33,083 nt of DNA from contig RBNJ01000323.1 in assembly GCA_003990765.1 (NCBI GenBank), positions 1-33,083 of the forward strand, in the 5' to 3' direction. Below the pieces are notes generated by a model. It did no database searches. It was not told where the DNA came from and saw nothing but the letters and a program-made list of their open reading frames with translations. The position numbers were made by a program, and so were the translations under genes. The stretch comes from Jimgerdemannia flammicorona (lineage: Eukaryota). Positions within the stretch are counted from its first letter, which is position 1. The number at the start of each line of letters is the position of its first letter. This document shows, one piece after another, positions 17,463-28,378 of the stretch.

Positions 17463-19146
17463 TCAGCCAGGCGAATTACTAGCGCAAAGCAATGCCAGCG
17501 CTTCGATGGCTACCCGGTCATCCGATGGCAGTAGCCGTGTTTCCAAAACCATGTCCATCGCAGATTTCATTTCTTCTTGGGAACTGCTTGGCGGGCTTGA
17601 CAGCGGGGAATGCCGTGGATCAAAGCACGATGTTGACCGCACGCTTTCAATCTCTATCTCGTCATCGTCGTCTATTTCGTCGAAGGTTGGTTTTGTTGAA
17701 CGGAATGTGGACACGGGAGTCATCGACGGCACATAAGTTGAAGAAGACTGGAACGACGAGAAGCTATGGTGCTGTCGCCGTGGCCTCGGTGGCACGTAGT
17801 TGCTAACGGCTCCAGAAACAGAGTGCCTTCGGAATGCCAGACCTGTGGGACCGATCCTTCTCCAGTCTTCTTCCTCTGTAGACGAGGTTGAAGATATGTC
17901 GTGGTTTTCGACTTGAGGGGTCTCGTCATCAAGTACAAGTTTCCACCGACCACGGCCCATGCGCTGAAAGCACGAATTCGAGTCGAGAGCGTCGGAAATA
18001 GCATTCTCCCAGTCCGATGGCGCCTTTTGATATATCGGAAAATTCCCCCTGATCCACGCCGTCATCTCTCGTACAGTCTTTTGTTTTCGTGAATTCTGAA
18101 ACATTTGCTTCAAGAGATTGAGCCAACCTTCGGGGGACATCCGATAGCTCTCGTCGATGGGGGTTTGTGGGGGGCTTGCAGGTGGGGATTTGAGGGGTTG
18201 TCGCCGCGCCGCGATAGTAGCCATGACCTCAAGATCAGATTTCCTATGCATTTCCGGTTCTGCTCTGATCCAATCGTTATCGTCGACAATGACCTTTGTT
18301 GCTGTTTCGGCGGGTGATGGCAATGACGGCAACGACCGCGACGACGATGGTGATGGTGATGGTGGCGATGGCGATGATGACGACGACAGTGATGGTCGAT
18401 GATTTTGCGCATCCGCCATCACGAAGTCCTTCTTTTTCTCCTCTGCATCCAGCCCCCTTACAAACATTATATTGATTTCTCTGTCCTCATTGGTTTCAAG
18501 TTCGTCTCTGTCTCCGTCTTCCTTGTCGATTTCTACGCCGTCGGCGTCGTCGTCGTCGTCCTGTTCGTCCTGCTGGATTTCGAGTTCCCCGTCATTACTT
18601 TCTGGATTTGCGCTTGGATTGTTCACCCTTTTCGCCGTGGTGATGAGCTTCATGCCTTGCAAATGCGAGGGGGCACGTGTGTCGATATACGTCCAGACGC
18701 CCCTAGAAAGAAACCAAACGGTTGGAATCAGATGTGGCAGGTACTCGGAACTTGGCGTCTCGACAGAGTTGTTGCATGGGGTTATTGCTCTGGTTTATTG
18801 CTCTTGTTTCAATGTATTCGACGAATCAAACTAACCTCCCAACATTCCGGAAACATTCGTAGTCGTTTAACGTCTTCCTAACGTGGGTCTGCAAGGTCGA
18901 GAACTGCGATTGATAGTATGGGTATGTCGACAAAATCCACGAAAACAGTTCCTGTTCTTTATAGGTGAGCGTACGGTCGTAGTCATGCTTAAATGCCTTG
19001 ATGAGAATTGTCAGCCAGGTATCGATGGGTCTAATGGGCTTGGGCCTCATAGGCTTGGCGGGCGCGCGGGTCGGAGGCTTTTTCTTGGTGGGGCGATAAG
19101 AAGCCTTAAGCGATCTTGCTCGGTGCTTGGACTTGGTGGTGACCAT
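17463..19146 (-). CDS. Two-exon, 516-aa putative transcription regulator with two tandem winged-helix (forkhead-like/Stb3-like) domains and Stb3-like C-terminal motifs
   Basis: Exons 19146-18836 and 18702-17463; the GTTAGT...TTTCTAG intron (18835-18703) joins them in frame to give CFRNVGRGVW. Domain 1: WLTILIKAF...FSWILSTYPYYQ...VRKTLNDYECFRNVGRGVW. Domain 2: WLNLLKQMF...TAWIRGNFPIYQ...WENAISDALDSNSCFQRMGRGRW. Tail has TEEEDWRRIGPTGL and DRVAIEALALL. Confidence 0.75.
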
Positions 19147-19399
19147 TTTTTCCTTTTTTTTATATATATTTTTTTAAAACCAAATTGAAGGGCAAGCGAT
19201 TGCAAGCCCGGCCTTGTCAGTGTTTTTTTTAGAATGGGGGAGAAGGAATGTGCATAAATACAAAGAGTGTGCTACTGCTCGTCAGTAAACAATTCATGCA
19301 GCCAATCACTATCTCTTAAAGTGTCGACGACATCATTTTTATTTTACGAAGTCACAAAGTCACAGTCTCGTGGTCTCGCAAATAATGGGTTGATCATTA

Positions 19400-20070
19400 T
19401 GTTAGATTTTCATTATGTTAATATATAATGTTGAAAATAAAAAACTTGAGTTCTCAGAAATACTTCTTGATATGTTAGAGTATATATTTTATTGAGTTTA
19501 ACTCTATTTTTAAATATGGCTAAATTTAAATTTAAGTAATTTTATTATAATAGATAAATAACTTTTGATAATTGTAAATAAAATAAAATAAAATAATAAT
19601 AATAATAATAAACTATAATAAGTTATTAATAGTATTTAATTCAAATTTGATAAATTTAACTTATTAAATTTATTTTATCTAAATAAATCTAATATAATAA
19701 AGGTTATCAAATTTAGATAAGTTATTATATTTTGAAGTTTAACTCTTAATTTTGAATTAAATTAAAGCTCAATTTAGTTTAATCTGATTAATAAATTATT
19801 TTATTTTATAAATATTTAATAAATATTAATTTTTTAAATTTATAATATTTTATAATATTTTATTTTAATTAATTATATTAGAATACTTTATTTCTTTTTA
19901 ATTTTAAGTTTTTTTTTTAAAAAAAATTTTTTTTAAAAAAATATATAAATATTCTTTTTAACTTCTTAAATAAAATTAGAAATAATAATCTTATTTTTAA
20001 AAAATTATAAAATAGATTAAAACTAAATATCATTGCCACTTTTAAAATCTTACTTCTGGTAGCTTAATAT
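19400..20070. other. Extremely AT-rich low-complexity tract (probably terminally decayed repeat DNA)
   Basis: Almost no G/C over about 650 bp; (AAT)n run near 19593-19611; alternating T and A runs at 19909-19941; no ORF. Confidence 0.7.
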
Positions 20071-20071
20071 G

Positions 20072-20476
20072 TGTAACATTTTAGCATAGTTTATTTCTTT
20101 TCTCTGTCTTTCTTGAATATTCTATAATCTTTCAGCACTTTCTGCATACTTAGAAATCCCCTTCTTGGCACCGAGTATTAACTAGTACTTATTTAGTTAG
20201 TCACTAAATGTTCTGGAAACTTGTAAAACTTTATTTGTCATCATTTGTCATCTTTGCCAAGAACTTTCCTCTTGGTATTTTCTTTTGATTTCTCAAATCC
20301 TTCCAGATTCTTCCTTTAGATCTTGTATAAATATCCCCTTTGTTCTCATGAATAAAGTCTCAGAATATTTTCTCCCAGAAATCTTTCGAGAATACTTGAA
20401 TCCTTAAGTATCTCTTCGAGCTACTTAGAACTACTAGAACTAGTTGCTTCCTTATTTAGAAACTAGAATTATTACA
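20072..20476 (+). repeat. 5' LTR of Gypsy 1 (405 bp)
   Basis: Starts TGTAAC and ends ATTACA (terminal inverted repeat TGTAA/TTACA); internal TATAAATA (~20326) and AATAAA (20351); followed after 2 nt by the PBS. No 3' LTR in the window to confirm. Confidence 0.7.
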
Positions 20477-20478
20477 CT

Positions 20479-20496
20479 TGGTAGCAGCAGGTGGTT
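20479..20496 (+). promoter_or_regulatory. Primer binding site complementary to the 3' end of initiator tRNA-Met
   Basis: TGGTAGCAGCAGGTGGTT 2 nt after the LTR end; TGGTAGC is the complement of the conserved eukaryotic tRNA-iMet 3' end (...GCUACCA). Confidence 0.7.
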
Positions 20497-20543
20497 ACAC
20501 CTAGCCTTATCAAGACACCTCTCAAGATATCAGTCACAATACT

Positions 20544-22456
20544 ATGGAAGATAACAGGTGGAATCCTTCATATAGTACCTATAGTCCAGATAATGCCTCA
20601 TACAATCAATAAGAAGAAGAGGAACAGCAAAACCCTACTCAGTCAAATAGGGCCATTGAGAGTTTTTTATAGACTATATTAGCTCAGATTACTCAACTTC
20701 AAGAATACATAGAAAGAAAGGAAAGCAAGGCCTCTGCTCATACCTCTGCACCCTCACCAACATCAATATATCTAACAGTAATTACTATCAAGTCTCAAAA
20801 GTCCGACATCTTTGATAGTCAAAGAGAAGGACTGTCTACTGATGTCTGGCTTTTCCAATTGGAGCAATATGGAGAACTGACCAATTTGAAAGAAGCAACA
20901 CTAGTCCAATTCGCTGCCACACTTCTCTAAGGGAATGCTACAATCTGGTGGTGAAATTATATCCCGAATACCAGATTCTCTGACCAAATCAAGACCTGGG
21001 GCAAATTTGCTAATACTATTCAAGGCCAATTCAAACTAGTCAACAGTACTAAGACCATGTAAGACTATCTAGCAAATGTCAAACAACTCAAGTCTGTGCA
21101 AGCATACAATGTACAATTCCTATCAATCCTACTAGAATTACTATATATCACTGAAGATGAGAAGGTTGACAAGTACATCCAAGGCCTAAAAGGTCAAACC
21201 CAAGTTTATGTTAAACTAGAAGAACCCAAGGACCTAGATATAGTAATGAAAATTGCTAATAGGTTTGATGTTATTACCTATGGTCACTGCTTTGAACAGA
21301 AGAGACCACCTTTCAACAATAACAACCACAGAAGGGAGGAACCCAAAGTCAGAACTGTTGGACCTGCCCCCATGGACCTAGACACCATCAACAAGAGCAA
21401 GAAAGGCAAGCTTACACCTGAGGAAAAAGAGTATCTCAAGAAGGCTGGAGCCTGCTTCTTTTGCTATCAGCCTGATCACATTGCTACTAAATGTCCCAAG
21501 AAAACCACTGAACCAAAGAGGATCCTGGTCCTGTCCAAAGACACTCAAGGTCAACCAGTTGAATAAGTTATACTCAATTTCATGCGAGTCAATCTCAAGG
21601 CCCAGATCTCTCAAATACAATCAGAAGTAGCCATTGGTTTAGACCTTCAAGCAGTATAACAAGTCACTATCTCTGCACATGAAAGAAGGCTCATTCTAAC
21701 TGGCCTTTCAGTCGAAATCCCCAAGGAATATTATGCAAGAATTGTACCAAGATCTGGCCTCAGTCTCAAGTACTCATTAGATATTGGTGCTGGAGTCATT
21801 GACCCTGATTTTTGAGGTGAAATGCAAGTCCTACTAGTCAACCACAAGAACCAACTATACACTGTCAATGAAGGAGACAGAATTGCACAGCTCATTCTAG
21901 AGCAAGCCACCCTACCAGTCATCAAAGAAGTCACTAAGCTGTCTTCAACCAAGCGAGATCAGAAAGACTTTGACAGTATTGATAAAGTTGCAAGCATAGC
22001 CAAGAACTGAGCCAATTCAATACTCATTTTCAAAGGTCTAGTCAAGGGATAAGAACTAGATATTCTCATAGACAGTGGAGCTGTTGGGAACTTCATCAAC
22101 AAGAATCTCATCGACAAGCTCAAGATTCTCACCAAACTAGCTGGCAAGAATGGTGGAGTTATCACTACAGATAGCACTATCTTACCAATTGACTCAATTG
22201 CTGCTAAACTTCCCCTCAAGATCCAGAAGTACTGGGAATGTTTAGATTTCAAGGTAGCACCACTAGGAGACTATGATCTGATCCTAGGTAAACCCTGGCT
22301 TATATAGTACAACCCTCAGATTGATTAGATCAAGAATGAAGTTACCTTGATTCAGGATGGAGCCAATATTATCATCAAGCCAGACAAGACTCAGACGAGA
22401 ACCCCAATTGCTATTCTTTTGGCAATTCAGTTCAAGAAGGCCCTCAAGAAAGCTAT

Positions 22457-22463
<7 letters not shown>
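20544..22463 (+). pseudogene. Gypsy 1 polyprotein, 5' part: Gag - dUTPase - aspartic protease in one frame
   Basis: One frame from ATG 20544 through track ORFs at 21096, 21822 and 22347, broken only by in-frame stops. dUTPase at about 21573-21980: [42 protein letters not shown] (decayed RGxxGFGS). Confidence 0.88.
22448..22463. repeat. Left target-site duplication of the LINE
   Basis: gaaagctatctatgcc matches gaaagctatctgtgcc at 28363-28378 (15/16). Confidence 0.9.
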
Positions 22464-22501
<38 letters not shown>

Positions 22502-22559
22502 TCCCTTGGACTCCGTCTTTATTACCAATCTATGAATAAGTATACAATAACACCACCCT

Positions 22560-25500
22560 CTACCCTATCCCCATTGGGGGACCCCTCCCCACCTCATCAT
22601 GCGTAAAGACCACCCTCTCACCAATAACTCCAACTCTCCCACCACTCTGACCACAGATTTTCACTACCAAGCGGTACCTCCGACCCCCCTACAGCCCCCA
22701 TCCAAGCCACCAGCCTGTCAAGGTATCCTCCATAAGGCACTGCCACCATGATAACCAGCTCTCCAAGCTCTGTCACCTCCCCTCCTCAATACAAATAGCC
22801 AGTAACTGGCCAGCCCAACTCAAATAGCCAACACCTAGCCTAGAGTAATCCACTCCTCCCCTACCCCTCCTATCAATCGATCCCTCAGATCCTCCCACCT
22901 CTCCCGTACATCATCACCCCTATGCCTTACTCTCAAGCAGTCCCCAATGGCCCGCCAAAAGTTACCCAATACCTCACACTCCCCAAGCCAATGTTCTGGC
23001 GTCTATACAAATCCCCCTTCCTGCCCTACATTATGGCACTCCTCGCAGTCAAAGCAGCCCCCTACAACAAGGTGTCCTGAGCGGAAGTTAAGCATCACAT
23101 TCCTCCTCAGCACATGCCACCAGACCACCCAGTACTTCGGCGGCATCTAATTTTTCACCGCGGCACTCCATGTCCAAACCCCCTGCCAGTCCCACTCCTC
23201 ACCAATTCTGACTCCTTGCCAACTACTAGGCCACAGATCCTGGCCTGGTCCCCTTTGGCATTCGATTCCATCACCAATGTCGAACTTTAGTAAAGGCATG
23301 CCTCCCAGAAGAATGCCATCCCATCTCTATATCGCTGGGCCCCAAGCCCTCTCCCCCTCATCTCCTTGCTAGCAAATACCAATGCGGTGTGCCCCCTCGG
23401 CTATCCCCCACCAGAAGCCTTTATATCGCAGTTGCCCAGTGATCTGAAGCCCAACTAATGAAAGAAGATCACCAGTCAAGCCTCTTGGTGATGTCCACCT
23501 CTTTCATACCTTCTACAGCAGGGGAACCCAACCCCCTCTATGCAACTCCACTACCCTCCTAAGCTACCATACCCTCAAGCAGTGTAGTCTTTTGGAGAAG
23601 TCCACCAGCCCAAGACCACCTCTCACTACTGGTAGGGACAGTGTCTCCCAACTAATCTGACTCCTTCTGTCGGCCCAAATCCATCCCTTGGCCACCTTTA
23701 CCAATTGCTTCACCACCCAGGCTAGAAAGTCCAGATGATAAGCCAAATACCATAGTTTTGGCAGCCAGTATACATTCAAAATTGAGATTATTCCTGCCAG
23801 AGAGAAGTGTCTTCCCCTCCAACCCCACAGGTCCTCCTCCCAAATTCCAATTCTCTGCTCTCACCACAGTCTGGGCAGAACCAACTCATAGACTGACAAA
23901 TATATGCCCAAGTACTGCATCGCCTCTCCGGTGGGGACAATTGTTCCAATAACCTCTCCGCCCACCAGTCTATTGCCTAACACCATCGTTTTACACTTGT
24001 ACCAATTCAACTTCACCCCAGAGTTCTCCTCATACCACTCCACTGTCTCCTTGAGCTCCTCGACATCTGCAGTTACTCTCAAACCAACTACTATGTCATC
24101 TGCAAAGGCTCCAACTTTCCAGCCAATTCCATAGATAGAAAGCCCCACAATCCTCCACTGAATTCGGTCCATTAGAGGCTCCAAGGAAAGTGCATACAAA
24201 ATGGGGGACAGTGGGTCCCCCTGGGGCACTCCCCTACTCAGAGGGAATGCTACCCCTCTATGCTCATTACACATGAGCGCAGCCCTACTCCTTTCCAGTA
24301 GGCTGACCATCACTGTCCAAAATGGGACCGGAACCCCAATCCTATCCAATACTTTTGCCAGCCAGACTTGCTGCACCCGGTCATAAGCCTTCTCCTGGTC
24401 CAAGAAGACAAGACACCCATCCAGTCTACAGGCTCGAGCACCCTCAATAACTCTGTGCACCCAGACCATACCATCTCGAATAAGCCAACCCCCTATGAAG
24501 CCCCTCTGCTCAACTCCTATAATTTGCTGGGCCACCTTCTGCAGCCTTGCGACCACCACCTTAGTCACCAACTTTCTGTCCATATCTAGCAACATTATCG
24601 GCTGCCAGTTCTTCCAATCCTCTCACCTTCCTTTGTTCTTATAAAGCAGCATCACCAGCCCAAGATCCTGCTCCCCCACCCATCTCCCTGACTACAGTAT
24701 GGAGTCATACAGTGCTGTCAACTCTCCCAATATGCCCGAGACTCCAACCATTCGCTTTCAGAAGTCCCAGGGGAGGTCATCCTCCCCAGGCGCCATATCT
24801 GAGGCTGTCGCAGCAAGAACCTGGTGGATCTCATCCTCCTTTACAGGCATAACCAGGTCACCTAATCCCTCAGCTCGTGGAGGGTGCCAATCTTCTAATA
24901 TTTATTCAATGGCTGTAGCATCTGCCCCACCCTCCTCCTCACTCCACAATCCACTCCATCATGCCTTCAGCATTCTAAGGATATCCTGTACACCATGCAC
25001 TAGTCTACCATCTGAGTCAAGTATCCCTTCCCACCGCTGCTATACCCTTCTTGCTCAAAGCATCCTTATAAGAAACTTGGAAGGCCTCTCCCCTTCCTCC
25101 AGCCCCTGCCAATGAAGCTGCACCACCAGGCCTTGCACTCTTGACTCTTCCTCTTCCTGCAGCACCTGTTGTAGTTCCCCAACCTCCATCTTCACCCTTG
25201 TTATTCTCCAATCCTCTTCTCCCTCTACTACTGCCAGACTTGCCCACTCCTCTAGAAGCCTAGCCAATCTAGTAGAAGCCCAATGCACTCTCTGCCTTCG
25301 CTACCTCCCAGCCACTCTGCCAGCCTTGCTCCAATATATTCTGGCCATCTCCTTCATCCTCCTCCACTGAACCCCAATTGTGGCCCCTTCCTGCTGCCAA
25401 TTTGCCACCTTCATCTAAATATCATTTGCTCATTCCTCCCACCAGGACTCATCATCCAACAAGGAGGAATTCAGGTGCCAATGTCCAGGCCCATCACCAC

Positions 25501-26215
25501 TTCCCCCAAAACACTCCTGTCCCAAAAGGCCCCAGTGGTCTGACCATGGATACCATTCTACCTCTAGCACCTTCCAAACGTCATGGCCCCAACAGTCGGC
25601 AGACAGAATCCAGTCAATCCTTGTCCCCAGACCTCTAGCCCAATGCATATATACCCTCCTATCCCCCCAGTATTCCCTATCAGTATCCACCAGTGCTCCT
25701 AGCCTTTCGACCTCCTCCCACATTACCAGCCCCCCACTCCTGCTCTCAGCACCCCATCCTCCATCGGTTCTATCCAGCCGTACATCCCGAACCATATTGA
25801 AATCGCCTCCAAGTATATCCAACCCAGCTTCAGTAAGAATCCCACTCTCCAAGAGCCCTTTCACCCAATCCACATACTCCCCCCGTACAGCAGGGCAGTA
25901 ATAGGAGCCAACTGTAACTGGCTTCCAACCTGCATGAATCCACTTACCCCAGACCAGTCTCTCCCCCCAGCTCCTCACATTCTGTATCTCCCCTCTGCCT
26001 TTCTGAACCAGAATCCCAACCTTACTGTTCCAAATTGCCATGCTATCCCATTCCTTAGTCCATTCCATCCTATTAGAATTATCCTCACACCTGATATCCT
26101 GCAAGAGGAAGAGATCGGCCTCCAATCCCTTCAACCAAATAAAAATGTTCCTGCATCTAACTGTGCCCCTTAGCCCATTCACGTTCAAAGAAAAAATGTT
26201 GATTGTACTGTTCAT
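22560..26215 (-). pseudogene. LINE ORF2: AP endonuclease, reverse transcriptase and C-terminal Cys/His domain, with stops
   Basis: MNSTINIFSLNVNGL, FLLQD, GGDFN, RIDWI, WSDH (APE); KNWQPIMLL, LDQEKAYDRV, RGVPQGDPLSP, AFADDI, YLGI, GGLGL (RT); GCFDCEEC...EHWLGEC; ends GPPMGIG* at about 22560. Confidence 0.9.
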
Positions 26216-26248
26216 AATGAAATATGGTTTATTCGTAATCAATCCCTA

Positions 26249-28276
26249 CTACTCCATGCCCATCTCCTCCTGTGCCGTGTCCAGATTGTGTTCAGCTATC
26301 ACCTCCTCCTCTTCAGCCCTTTGAGCCTCCAGTCCAGCCAACAGCTCATTCATCTCCTCATCAGCCTTCTCCTCAAACTTCTCTCTGTACTCGATACAAG
26401 CCTCCTGCCAAAGCTGCAGCCCATGATGCCTGTTCCAACAGTACTCAGCCTTCTCCCCAGCGACAACCACTAACTCTGCCTCCCTCTCCTTGTCCACCTC
26501 ATACCCTTCCTCCTCCAGATATACTGTGAGAATTTCTGCCTTCAGTGCCATCGCCACTCCTTCCCCCTGCAAAATTCTTGCCCAGTGCTCATCACCCATC
26601 CCACGCAAGTCCACCTCCCCCAGCTCTTCTGCCGCCAGGTTGTTCATCATCTGGTACATCCAAAGTAGATTCCCCACCTCCTTTCCACCAGGGGTCACCG
26701 GCCTCCCTCCATCCAGCATCGTGGTGTCAGCTCCAGCACTCGCGTCCTCATCCCACACCTCCAGGACATCCACCAGTTCCTCCTTCCCGGCCGCCACTAC
26801 CTGGTCCCCATCCATTATCTCTGGAATGCTGAATTTCACCTGCTGGGTCCCCAGCATCATCATGTCCTCCCCAGATTTGTTCCTGGAAGCCGGGCCATGC
26901 CTGATAAGAGGGAAAGGAGTGGGGGAGTTCTCCCAGACTTCCTCCCAAACCTCCAAGGTGCCATCTGTATATGGGTCACTACTCGTCACCTCCTTTGCCT
27001 TCCCTGTCTTTGCCCCATCATTCCCACTCCTCTCACCAGCCCAGACACTCACTCTGGCCCCTTCTGCACCCGTCTTCATGCTTGCATCCTTCAGTTGTCC
27101 ACCCCCCAGTTTAGCCAGCAGATCTTTCTGCCTCTTCCACCCCTGAGCCCTTTTCCACTGCACCTTATTTACTCGAATCCTCTTCCCATCCACTATCTCC
27201 AGGTGTGTTGACTCCTCGAAAGTCTTCCAAGCCTTGGCACGCTATTTCACAGCCCCATCCAGCTCCTCCAGCACTTCCAACAAATCCTCCTCCTCTTCTT
27301 CACTTCCTTTTACCCATGTCACCTTGCACAGGAATGCACCCCAAACCATTGCCAAAGGCCAGTCCCTCGTCTTCCCAGTAGCCTCTTTTCCAGCCAGCCA
27401 AATCCTCACATCCATGTCTCCAGTCCTGAGTATGGTCCCTTCCCAGACCCTGAATCCGATATCCACCACCTTGCCATACTCTGCCATGACATCCTCCACT
27501 CTCTTTCTCGTCTCCATTGCCGTCACCATGGGGACTCCTTTCACCAGCAGTTAGACCACCCTTGGATCCCATTTCAAATACCTCACCATTGGAACACACA
27601 CCTCTCCAACCACTAGCCCAAACCTCAGTGCCTCCTCCAGTGGTTCGACCTCCTCAAAGCCCACCTCCACCCCCTCCAGTCCCTTTAGGAACTTCACCGA
27701 AGCTGCTCCAGCCACCTGCTTAGCGATAAGCCCCAATACTATTTTCGCCATCACTGCTAAGCCTCGGAAACACAACGTGACTGCAAATGCCGAGATCGAC
27801 TTCTTGAGTAATAGAGCCACCACCAGTCCCATTACACCATCTGCCAGGTCCCCTGGCCTCATGCCCTTCCCACCATTCGGCTTACCATCAGCAGTCCCAT
27901 CTAGATTTTTTTCCAGATCGCCCGTCACACCCCCATCAGCAGTCCCCACCCCAGCTGCTACCCCCCCAGCTCCACCCCTATGGCCCTCCAGAGAGGTACC
28001 CCCAAGAGGTTGCTGTCTGGCAGCCTTTACTGGTACCTTCCCCCCTCACAGCCAGCTCTCCAGTCCAGCCCCTTGCCGACCCCCCTTCACCTTCTCTACA
28101 AAGCTCACCCTACCAGACCCTTACCCTCCAGCTCTGCCCCCTCCTCCACCATGGCCTCCTGCCAGCAGGCCCCTCATACTTCCCTCCAAGCCAGGGCCTC
28201 TCCCCACTTGCTGCCATTCAAACACTCCAGGGCCACCCTGCCCAGTATGCACCTCTGGATGCTCATTGGTCACCAT
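26249..28276 (-). pseudogene. LINE ORF1 (Gly-rich N-terminus, RRM-like middle, acidic tail), with stops
   Basis: ATG at 28276 (MVTNEHPEV); fragments 27551..27949, 27242..27544 (KGVPM...MAEYGKVVDI...ILRTGDMDVRI) and 26249..27193; stop 33 nt before the ORF2 ATG. Confidence 0.75.
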
Positions 28277-28362
28277 AATACTAGTAGCTTTTCTTCAGAA
28301 ACTTGTGTCGATAGTGTTGCCAAAGATTGTGTAACCTGAATGTTACCAGAGAAAGGGTGTTG

Positions 28363-28378
28363 GAAAGCTATCTGTGCC
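28363..28378. repeat. Right target-site duplication of the LINE
   Basis: gaaagctatctgtgcc; removing the LINE restores the Gypsy frame FKKALKKAICAFVALIQPKKE. Confidence 0.9.

Larger units (their letters stand above)
22464..28362 (-). mobile_element. Full-length non-LTR retrotransposon (LINE, L1/Tx1-like), 5.9 kb
   Basis: 36-nt poly(A) (T run 22464-22499), AATAAA at 22523-22518, ORF1 and ORF2 (APE-RT-zinc finger), short 5' UTR and flanking TSD. Confidence 0.95.

Noticed and set aside
21540..21570. Programmed Gag-Pol frameshift or readthrough at the TAA at 21564
   Set aside because: dUTPase continues in the same frame and the TAA fits the CAA-to-TAA decay seen throughout; no slippery site evident. 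A consensus is needed to exclude it fully.
24699..28334. Plus-strand Pro/Ser-rich ORFs (e.g. 26490..27146, 27777..28334) as antisense genes
   Set aside because: Shadow ORFs of the G-rich LINE sense strand; no domain features.
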